From: Tricharina praecox
Lineage: Eukaryota
NCBI RefSeq assembly: GCF_024521635.1
Contig: NW_026250403.1
Location: forward strand, 992,001 to 1,056,000
Direction: 5' to 3'
Length of the DNA: 64,000 nucleotides
Part shown: one piece after another, positions 49,500 through 60,387 of the stretch
How the letters are laid out: each line of letters begins with the position of its first letter
Position numbering within the stretch: the first letter of the stretch is position 1
Program-made: the position numbers and the translations under genes
Notes under the pieces: generated by a model
Told to the model about the DNA's origin: nothing
Seen by the model: the letters and a program-made list of their open reading frames with translations, nothing else
Databases searched by the model: none

Positions 49500-52244
49500 T
49501 TAGATCCACACTGGCGCCTTAACCAGAATACTGCGCCCCCTGACCTCGACGGCCATGAACCCAGCCACGCGGAGCCTATCGCCATCCGACGGCTCGCCCG
49601 CCTGCTGGAGCAACGGAGACTGGGCCTGTACTGGCTGCTGCTGCTGCTGCTGTTGCTGCTGCGACTTTCCGTTGCCGGTAGGGCCCTGAGCAGCGCCACT
49701 GGGAGCCTGTGGCCCAGTAGACCTCTGGAGCCGCTTCATGACCTTTTCGCCGAAGCCCTTCTCGCCGCCTACCGCCTTGCCCTGCTGCTGCTGTTGTCCC
49801 TGCTTCTGGGCCGGCAATCCCGTGATGCCCGCGCGGGCTGCGGCGTCGTCTTTGGACGCAATGGAAGCTTGGTCGGTTGTATCATTGCTCGCATTGTCCG
49901 TCTGCATCAGGTCGCCTTCTGGCTGGGCGTTCATCGGAGTTCCAAGTGGGGGAAGGCCACCCTCGATCTTCATGAACTTGGCGTCGTAGCGATCGCCCGG
50001 AAGGGGGTACCACACTCTCACTTCTCTGGACTCGACGGGGAGGTTGGCGGCCAAGCCGATGGCGATGTCGACAACCATCTGGATGCCGCCCATGAGCCCC
50101 GGAGGTGGAGGGTCGTTGAGATGGGACTGTAGAGCGGTGAAAAGCTTGTTGACCAACAGCGCTCCAAGCTGCTGGCGAGCCTCGGTGCCGCGTTCGCTGT
50201 TGATGTGCGCATGCAGGGAATCAAGGGTTGTAAGACGCCAATTGCACACCTTGACGCTAAGTGCATCATGTTCCTCCCCGGTTTGGGGCATGGGCGATAG
50301 CAGCCGGATGTTGCGTTCGATCTCCTTGAGCTGCATCGACAGATTTGACTCCAGGGCAGGATGAAAGAATTGTTCCAGAATCTCGTCGACCACCCATCTG
50401 GAGATAGACGCCCGACCGACTACTGTCATTTCTCTGCCTCCCTTGCCAGCCGCTCCAGCATTGATGACACCATGCAGCCAAGAAGGGATCGTCTTCCACG
50501 ACTGGCGAATCTCGAAAGCGACATTCTTGATTGCACCATCAAGCCGTTCGAAGCGCGACGTGTATTCGTTGTCATCAAGTGACGTGCGGGACTGTGCTAG
50601 GCGCTGGTGGGCGAGTGTGTTCTGGAGACGCTCAATTTCGGCGCTGCGGTCAAAGTAGAGCGACTTCACTTTGCGGTATTTGGTTTCTGTAGGATAAAAG
50701 AAAAAAGGAATCAGTCATCATTTTAGATTTTCGGGGAAGGGGGGAGGGGTAGAGGGGTTCCTACGCAAAGTTTCCAGTTCCTGTCGAGTTGCCTGGAGCT
50801 CGGCATTTTGCATATCTCCAGCTCGAGATTGCGAACGTACTTCGGGAGTTGCTCGTCCCGTCTGCTCTTGGTTGTATCCCGGGGGCACTTGGATCTGCTG
50901 TCCATCACCACCAACGCCAGCTTGATTTTGACTATAACTAGGGTTGCTTTGGTGCTGTGCGTATTGCTGCTGTTGTGGCTGCGGCTGTTGTATCTGTTGG
51001 CCAAGCGACGAAGATCCGCGGACTGGAGGACCCTGCTGTACCATGGCGTCCACTGGTCTTTGTTGTTCTTTGTGCTGTGGTTGCTGTTGATAATCGAACG
51101 ACTGCTGTTGCTGCTGATGTTGATGTTGAGGGTGTGGTTGTTGTTGTTGTTGCTGCTGTTGCTTCTGCTGCTGCTGCTGGTACTCCTGACCGTGCTCGTA
51201 GTACACCGACTGGCGACCTGGCGGTGGACCAAAATTACTCTGTCGTTGCGGGTCGCTCGTGTATTCCCCGCCTCGCTGATGATTGTAGTCTACAACTTCG
51301 TTTTCCCTTGGGGTGGAAAGTATTGACTGGGGCCGTGGGGGCAGGGGTTGTTGTTGTAGATACGGGTTCGGGTGGGGTTCCTCGGTCTGAGGTTGGTGAT
51401 GGTGTTGATGGTGCTGTTGCTGCTGTTGCGGTTGATAGGGCTGAGGGTCCGGAGGTGCGGCGGACTGCTGTGGTGGTTGATGTTTATTACTATGTCTCAC
51501 CGAAATCCTGCGACCGAGACCGGCGACACCCCCTCCACCTGGTTGCGGGGAAGACGGAGTAGCAGCAGACTTATCACGCGAGGACGAAAATAGATTAAAC
51601 CCGCCTGGCTTGCGGCTCGACGTCGTGGTGGTGGTGGTGCTTTGTGTGGATTGGCGGGCGGCAGATGCGAGCGATGTGACAGAGGATGAAGCTGAGGGGT
51701 GACTGTTGTTGTTGTTGATGGTGGAGTTATCGCTCAGGTCGATAGTGCTACCCCCACCGTTGTTGTGTTGCTGTTGCGGTTGCTGCTGCTGGTGTTGGTG
51801 TTGCTGGTGTTGTTGTTGCTGTTGCGGTTGCTGCTGCTGGTGTTGTTGTTGCAGTTGCAGTTGTTGCAGCTGCTGATGCTGGTACGGCGGCGGGTGCTGC
51901 TGTTGCTGCTGTTGCGGTTGGTATTCAGCCGCAAACTCCCCCAGTCTCGCTGGCGGAGACGAATGTTGATGGAGGGACGAGGGAGACAATGCTGACTCCT
52001 GTCGTTCGGACGGGACCAGTTGAATGGATGCCCTGTTGCTGTTGCTGTTGCTCAGATTGGTCTGCGAGAGCGTGGGTATCGTAGGATGTGTGTATACAGC
52101 TGAGCCGGGGAGAGCGATCGGCGGGGAGATGCTGAGGCGGGGTGAGTCCGGGCCACCAGAGCCAGCCACGCCAGGAGCGAGGGCCGGCGCGGCTGCGCGA
52201 TTTGAGTGCTGTTTTTGGAAGAAGTTTTTTCCGATTGAAGGCAT
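49500..52244 (-). CDS. Uncharacterised protein, about 888 aa: Q-rich disordered N-half, coiled coil, helical domain and GrpE/MIEAP-like C-terminal motif; 2 exons (intron 50687-50764)
   Basis: The intron joins ORFs 50718-52289 and 49500-50669 in phase ('ELETL-Q-TKYRKVKSLYFDRSAEIERLQNTLAHQRLAQSRTSLDDNEY'). Start taken as MPSIGK at 52244. Confidence 0.85.
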
Positions 52245-54676
52245 CGTGGCTATGTACCCACTGAGTGATGATGAGGGCAGAGGGTGCAAGGAAGTGAGTA
52301 CGGTATGGAGACGGAGAATGAATTTGTATTGTAGATATTGGTATTTTTTTGGGAATGGTACGGAGATTTGGTATTTGGGATTGCAGAAAATAATAGCTCT
52401 AGCGATGGCGGCGTCGATGGCGGCGGTGGTGGACGCCTCTCATGGGTGGGAGACGTCCGAGGGTTTGGGATGGAGGGGTTCGGCTTTCCTGGGCAGGGTG
52501 GGGGGTAGGCTGAAGAGATGAGAATTGGATGAGTGAACGAACGAACGACGAACGAAAGAACGAGCAGCGAGCTGAAACTATTCGTTCGAGCCGGAGAATT
52601 GGGCAGTAGAAGCAACTTGTTTCAGCCCTCAAGGGATGCGGGATTGTGTGATATGAGATATGAGAGGGTGTGTGAAGGATGTGGTGGCGGGGGGGACGAG
52701 ATGACAGTTCGGCAAAGTCAAGCCATTCAATCAAGTCAGGCGGCGAGTCAAATAGGTTGATGGAAGGAAGATGATGGGGATGGACAACTGCAAAGTGGTT
52801 TGCTGGGCGGGCGTGTGGTAGGGTCTAACTATCCCAGCCGTGCAGGGGAAGGCGAAGGAAACGGAGCTGCTTTTGCGTCTTCGGTTTTTTTGCTTTCTTT
52901 CTTTCCGTCGACGACGTTAACGTTGCGGCAGGTCCGAAGACTCAAGACTCCAGAGCTTTGTTCAAGGTGAGCTTTCTTTTCGCTTTGGCGGGGGCGGAGG
53001 GGCCCAAAATAGTAGCAGATCCCGAGTACCGTAGCGTAGCGTAGTCTATCTAGCCGGAGGAACGCGAGCTCAGCCACACGATTGCTTTTGTGGGTTGAGT
53101 TGAGTGGTGGATTGACTGGCTGGCGGATTGAGGGAATGGTGATTAGATGGGTATTGCCAGACTGCCCTGGTTCTTGCTCGTGAATCGTGATTGCTTGTCA
53201 GACTTTTAAACAAGTGATTAGAGTAAGGTTGGTAGTATGTACTGGCACATTAGGAAAGATAGATAAGTGCTTAGCTGATGCACCGATCAAAACACCGACG
53301 GGTGGTTAAGCAGTGTGAGGATTGTCGAAGAGAAGGAGGCCACCAAAGTCATAGGTACTACGAGGCTGACATGACGGGGGGCGCCGGCACGCTTTAAGAG
53401 CTCTGGAAAGCCCTCAACCAGGCACTTACACAGTTGAGTGCTGTACAATCAAGGGGGAGTAGAGTTCATGCAATCGATATAGTATCCACGCGTGATCGAT
53501 TGCTTCTACATATCATAGGTACTTACACGGTGGACACGCGTTTTGACCGCGTTGGTGATGTGAAAACAGAGCGTCACCGAAGTATGTACCGTATCTTTCC
53601 AGTACTGTCCGAGAAGTATGCGGACATTCTCAAGAATACCTAGCGATAGCAGGAATCCTACCCGCCCCTTCCATGATACGGCAAGTACGGTACTTACTTC
53701 CACTTACATACTTCTCTCCTGTCATGTCAGGGCGAGTTCATCTAACAGCCGCCATTGCCGGTGAGGGGCACTTACCTCTGCATCTCCCTTGCTCACACCG
53801 TTTATTCTAGGTAGCATGTAGGTGAAGACGCCAGCAACACCTACCCGGTGGGCGCACCATGCCACAACGCCGATCCGACAAACCGGCTTTATCCTACGAC
53901 GGCCGTATGGTACTCTACATGCTGGATCTTGACGGACTCGGATTATTCGACAGGCCGGAGCCTAAACGAATCGGGTAATTAAGGGTAATTCTGACGCTTA
54001 AATAGTGAGCCGAGCCGTTTCATGCATAGTGACTCACTCGGACCTGGCAAGCACTTCCGTCTCGTTCCGTACGTGCAGCGGACGTTAGAGTATGGAGGAG
54101 GAAAGAGGAGGCGGCGCTCGACGGCTCGACTTCGGCCGGAAGCCGTCAGTCGTCACATGCTAGAATCCCGATGCCCAGCCCGTCTAACTGGCAGGGCGCC
54201 AGTCTCCGGGACGGACCGAGGACTAGGTACCGCGAAAATCTGTTCGTTGTCGTCCAACAGGCAACTACCTGGAACTTCACGGGCATGGCGACGGACGGCC
54301 AAGGCCTTATGTTTGCCCACAGCCAGTGACGATGCAACGAGTAATAGAGGAGTTTCGCAGGTCGTGAGGGATGGTTTGCGAAATCGTTTTAGGCTTAGTG
54401 AGGTGACAAAAAGCGCTACCGGTTAAATTCGGGATCCATCGCGCTAGAGATACCGCGCGATTTGTCTCTTCAACCCGCACACGCTTGGGCCAACTAGTCG
54501 AGTGGGATGATCCAGTTAGGCATAGTGAGTGTCTCCTCTAAGGTGAATGGGGAGTAGCGCTACCTGCTCTAACATAGATGGGAAGTAGCGTTGAGAAGGA
54601 GAGTTGTTGTATCGGTCTTTGTTACGTACAAGTGTCATCCAGAAAGCATTGGAAGTCAATAAACCCACACAGTTAC

Positions 54677-54785
54677 AGTCATTGAAGGAATGACTCTAGT
54701 CAATGAGCAGGAATGACTCTGGTCATTGAGGGAATGACTCTAGTCATTGAGCAGGAATGGCTCCAGTCACCGAGCAGCAATGACT
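54677..54785. repeat. Array of five 21/23-bp units built from inverted heptamers AGTCATT / AATGACT
   Basis: AGTCATT-gaagg-AATGACT-ct-AGTCAAT-gagcagg-AATGACT-ct-GGTCATT-gaggg-AATGACT-ct-AGTCATT-gagcagg-AATGGCT-cc-AGTCACC-gagcagc-AATGACT. Confidence 0.9.
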
Positions 54786-56086
54786 GAGTAAACCCGCGAG
54801 ACTCGAATAAAATACCGACTTAGACAGTCTATTGAAGTTCATTTCGACAGTACAGTGATGCTGGCCTTCGCGATGCGCATCATGGTGATGTTGGAGTACT
54901 CCTGTCTATACTGCCGTGCTCTGCTCTCCTCTGTCGCGGAGAATTTTTACTGAGTCTACGCTAGTCAAACCGCTAATCTCGAGAGTAGTCCACTTTTTCT
55001 CAGCCCGCACCTCCGAGTTGCGAAACGCCTTTTTTCCCACTAGAGGGCTCGGCACGCTAAAAGCCCACCTCACAGAGATCCCTCAGAACTGCAAAACTCC
55101 TCTAATGTTTCGCATGGCTAATGTAATCGCGTTAGGCGCTCACAGTAGGTACACTGCATGGACGTTCACCCATGCCTGACCCTATTGGCGCCGTCGAAAG
55201 GGATCCTCGGAGTACTACCTATAGAACTCTATGCTATGGGAGTCCGTTCGTTTGCCTTTAACTCTGTGAGCCTGTTTGAACGGTGTGTGTAAAAGAGTAA
55301 AAAGCCGCGTTCGGCACCGTCACAGAGCAGTCTACTATTGGCCATTCTCTTCGCCAGCCGAATTTCACGGATTACCGCGCCGTGCCCAAGCATGCCTTGA
55401 ATTGGACAGAAGTATGCATGTGCGTGGAATTTTGTTACGTGAGTTCTTTGGAGGTGGGGCTGATTCGTTTGCCACTCGATTCGACCTTGTGTCGCCGCCG
55501 TTCCAAAGAAGAGCGAATTCATGGTTTTAAGCCTCGCACCATAGTAGCCTCGTAACCATCTACCCGAACGGGCCCCTGCTGTCCTGTGTGTTCGAGCCCC
55601 GAATGAAATGGAAAGTATAATTGGACATGGCCGAAATGATATGTACACACCATATTCGGGCACCAGTAACGCCATGTACATATTTTCCGAATGAATGCTC
55701 CTGCTAAACCCCCTACAGTCCGTTAGATACTCTGGAGTGGAGTATGGTGGATACTATGGTCGTGGGTGGTATTCATTTGACATGGGAGGTGGGCTGCGAT
55801 TGGTTTAGGACATCGGCCACGACCTTGCGACCGCAGCAGGACGCTTCTCTTCGCTCTCACAACCACCACTACCACCACTACCCACCACCATCACCACCGC
55901 CGTCATCATCACCGACCACTGCCTCGATCCAGATTAAAATCTCGCCTTCCCTGTCGAAACTGATCGCTATAAACTCACAATTATTCACAATACAAATCCT
56001 CACCTTCGCATCGTCACAACAATCGTCGCCGTCGTCGTTGCGTGTTGCCAACTGATCGGTTACACCTTCCCCCCTCCCCCCGATCA

Positions 56087-58181
56087 ATGGCTTCGGCCGT
56101 ACCAAAATCTCGCCCCCGTCAATCGATGGCACCTACCGTGGCTCCCCTACAACACCAACAGCAATCGCCGCCGTTTCAGGCCGATCACTACGCATTCCCA
56201 TCCCCTAACGCGCAACCATACGACCACTCGCCAGCTTCGTACACATTCACAGGCCCTGTATGTCGCTACATCAATGGAGCACATTTCCAGCAGCTTCTGG
56301 ACCGAATTAATGTGGGCCTCCAGAGATCTACACAGGAGGAAGAGAAGCGCGCAGTTATCGATGCAAACTTTGACGCCCTCGAGAGCGACGTGCATGGCGA
56401 GATCCGCCGTTTGAAGGCCGAGTTATTTACTTCGCATGGTCTTCGTCCGAGCCCGAATAAGCGACCTCCTGATGATGATCCGTCGTCGAACTACAGCTCG
56501 CCTGACGCGAAGCGGCCCAAGGCTGACGACGAGGACGACGAGGTTAACGCCAGGGGAAGCTGGCGTTGTCTTTACTACGAAAACGACCCAGACAGCAATT
56601 TCCACTGCAAGGGCAAGCGGTATAAGCGTGTATCGGAGCTAAGGAGGCACATCAAGACGCATACGCTTCCGCACTACTGCAAGGACTGCGGATATCGTAC
56701 CGCGGAAGAGCGACGATTGCAAAACCACAAATGTGAGCCTGGTAACAAGAAACGGTATTCTCCCGTAACGGAGGAGGATCGGCTCAAGCACGAACAGCTC
56801 GCACGGATGGGCATCAAGGTGGGGCAGATGCGGCTGATCCTGTTTGGAAAAAAGAGCGACAACGAGGAGGATAATATCGCTGACGATGGTATGCCAACAC
56901 TCACTCATGCACGGCTTCCTTCTCCTCAACTTTAACTAACCCCCTAGAAGACTCCATAAACTCCGAAGGACCCAGTCGGCGTCAATCCTTCAGTGATTCA
57001 CAACAGCCCCAACATCTTCCAACATTTGTGCCCGTCTCCTTCCCTGGCTTTCAGAATCCCATCCTCACCTCGCAAGCACCGCTCGATGGAGTCACACTAT
57101 CGCCGTCCGCTCCCATGTATATTGTACCGCACCTCCCGCAGATGCCGCACATAGCGCATACACAATATGTCGTCCCTCACGGCTTGCACCACCCGCATCC
57201 CACGCCGCCCTTTCACCCAGGCTCGGCGCCCCATTCACCGATCATGCAACCAGGCCACAACCATTCCTACTACAACTCCGATTACCACCAAGAATCAAAC
57301 GACTTCGTGCTCTACGACAATAATGGCACGGTGACTTCGTCACCGAGTCACCACCAGCAGTCGCCGCCACCCAACAACTACCAGTTATACACTATGCCAG
57401 GACAGTCTCCCGGATACACGATATACTCACCTCCGCCTGGGATGCCACAGCGCCAGGACAGTCTCGGCAATTACCTGTCGACTGTTTTCCCCGAGACCAA
57501 CGGAGGCGGGCTCGACAATTTCGAAGGTGGAGTGACTGCGCGAGCTATGCCGGCCGAATTGATCGCGGAGATGGAAGAGAACCTTCGCAGGCAGGGCCGC
57601 ACCGACACCAAGCTCGGTGTTGCCGAGAAGTATTACCGCCCCCCCTCCTGCCTGGGAACACTGCTGACAAAGTTTAAAGGTCCAAGAACTTCTTCAGGTC
57701 GTTGTCTAGCCGATCCCTTGGTAAACCTGATGGCAGTGAATCTAGTGGTGCGGAGAGGAAGATGTCGTTCTGGAAAAGACGAACGGCGAGTGCACCGGCA
57801 GAACTGGGCAACCGGAAGACCGAAGAGCACGGCATTTTGGGGGGCATCAAGAAGATCTTTTGGATTGGCGTGGGACGTAAAAGACCTACGCGGGTCGAGG
57901 AAGCTAGAGCCGATACTGCTGCACCTACTGCTGCACCTGCTGCTGCTGCTACCCCTGCCGAGGGTGCACCCGCTCCCAGTCTACCCGCTCCCAGTCTACC
58001 CGCCCCAGTGGTACTTGCTGCAACCGCCGAGGAGACACCAGCGGCCACCACTACTCCCGCCGCGCCCGCACCTACCAAGCAGCCCGCTGCCACCAGCTCT
58101 ACTGTACCCGCCGAGGAAGTCATCACCCCCGCCATGGCCGCCCCAGTAGTTACCCTCCCAATGGTGCAGGCAACAGCATAA
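56087..58181 (+). CDS. C2H2-type zinc finger protein (probable transcription factor), about 661 aa; 3 exons (introns 56889-56947 and 57630-57679)
   Basis: 'WRCLYYENDP....HCKGKRYKRVSELRRHIKTHTLPHYCKDCGYRTAEERRLQNHKC'. Both introns are GT-AG with CTAAC/CTGAC branch sites and restore a single frame. Ends in an A/P/T-rich tail. Confidence 0.8.
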
Positions 58182-58540
58182 GCATTGGGGGGAGCATGTG
58201 GAGGTTCTTTATTTCTTTCGTTTATATCATCTTGACGGACAACCATTCCGTATTTTTTGTTTCCTATTATCACTTTCCTTTTAATGTCGGGCGTTTTTAT
58301 GTTCTTTTTCCTTGCGTCGTGCGAATACCGAAATGACCGTCATTTGTTCATTGATACCTATATCGGATCTGGAATACCCAAAGTATTGTAGGGCGGGCTG
58401 GGGGGCGGGGGGGGGAGTTGCATTCGCTCCGTAAGGTACTTTGTTGATTGCGATTGCGTCGTCTTTGCTTGCTTGCTGTGCGATTTTTTCTTTCTTTTTT
58501 TCTACCTTGTCTTTCTTGGGATGAACTTTGTGCACGAAGC

Positions 58541-58590
58541 TGGTATGGTACGGTATGGGTACGGTATGGTACGGTATGGTACGGTATGGT
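58541..58590. repeat. (GGTAY)n pentamer microsatellite
   Basis: GGTAT/GGTAC units. Confidence 0.85.
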
Positions 58591-59707
58591 AAGATATCAC
58601 GTCGCGAAAAATTGAAATTCCGTCTTCTGCTGGATGATATTTATTGGTGGACTGGTCACTGGACCGTTATGGATATGGGACCCTACTACAGTCTACAGAC
58701 ATGACCACACATCCTGCCACCTGGGCCCCAGTCGGAGGACTGGCCTGGGCGGATCATTATTAATCCTGATTTCTGGCACTTGTTGAGAAGTGTCCGGTGG
58801 ATACTGGAGGGCATGGTTTGTCATTTGTCACTTGCTACTCCCGCAGCCTCCGTACTCACCGCCCGCCCGTGTTCGACATACCTAGTCCAATCCGTTCGTC
58901 CCGAGCCTCGGCATGGACTGGACTGCAGTCCGGACCGGACTATGTAGGTACGTTGAACACTGCCGCCCGCGTCATTCCGGACGCTGGGAGGACTGACAGT
59001 CTCAGACTCTCGGTCCGTCCAAGGAATACCTACGGTAAGATGGGATGGGATGGGATGGGTAAACGGTCTGTGCTATCTGCCGGACCGGACCGTAGGAGGG
59101 CGTAGGAATGGCCGGGCTGTGAGATCGGAACTACAGCATAGGTAGCAGGATGCGGACGTAGGGAGGAGGAAGCGATTATACCATACCATGGCACTGGGTA
59201 GTGTGTATATACTTGGATGTACCATACGCAGCCTACAGGATCCGGAGCATGAGTGCTCAGTGATGTTCCCACTCGCTGCTATTTTCACCGTCACCGTCAC
59301 CGGGGTACTATATTCGTCTTCCGGGGGATCTGCCTAGGAGACATTTTATGCTCTTGTGTTTGCATAAACAAAGGTAATAGGCAATGATGGGGATTCCATG
59401 AGCGAGGGGCCGGATCGGACATCAAGCTTTCCACCACGGGGCGGACCATTACGCAGCCAATACGGAGCAAGAAGTAAAGAGTGCGGCCATAACGCGAATA
59501 CGCCTACTTTACCATTCATCCATCTATCTATCCAACCATCCAGCATCTCGCGGGAGGGAATAACTATCGATATCGATACCGACGGGAAAGTATGACCGTG
59601 GGTAAGTGTTGTATATACCAACTACTACTACTACTGCTACTAGTAGTAGCGCCTACTGGGACGGTCAAAGCTAGACGCGCGTATATCGAGTCAAAGTCGG
59701 CGCACTT

Positions 59708-59709
59708 TG

Positions 59710-59740
<31 letters not shown>

Positions 59741-59742
59741 CT
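59708..59742. repeat. (TGGCTC)n hexamer microsatellite
   Basis: About 5.5 units. Confidence 0.85.
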
Positions 59743-60387
59743 TTCAACTCTCCTCCTCCCTCGCTTCCACCTCCTCCACCACCACTTCTGGCGTGCCGCG
59801 TAATCGATGAAGCTACCTACCAAGGGGTTCAAGGATGGAAGAAAGGCAGTTGGATATTTTTGGTCTGATCGGCGGGAGAGGGGAAACTAGAGACTCGAGG
59901 AAGGAAGGTAGTTGAACATATCTAGTTAGCTGAAGAGAAGAAGCTTGAGGATTGGGGGGAGGCTCTGGGTTAACTGGGCAACTGGGTAGGGAAGGCAGTT
60001 GGATATCTCTGGTCAGCTGTCAGCGGGAGCGGGGAAGCTTGAGGATTGGGGATTTGGCGGCCATGCTTTAGGCTTCAACTAAATTCCTTACCACCAGTAT
60101 TTCCCACTACGTACGGGAGGTTCTGGGTTAACCGGGTAGAAGGATGGCATACGCAATAAACCATGAATACACACTCGCAACGTTGACCCTCACTCGCGAG
60201 AACAATCTCCCTTCTAGAGATCTATCTTGAGGAAGTGGTGAAGTTTGCACCATCCGTGGGCGCCGTAGGAGTGCTAATAAAACGCCCTCCGTCCACCTCT
60301 CAGTGACCATATCACCCAACACCATTACCAACACACCAACCCACCCACCCCGCCCTTTCACCCACTCACCAGCTCCAAACCAACATC

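Noticed and set aside
57600-57720. Apparent frameshift between ORFs 57028-58149 and 57702-58181
   Set aside because: It is resolved by a canonical 50-nt intron at 57630-57679 with a CTGAC branch site.
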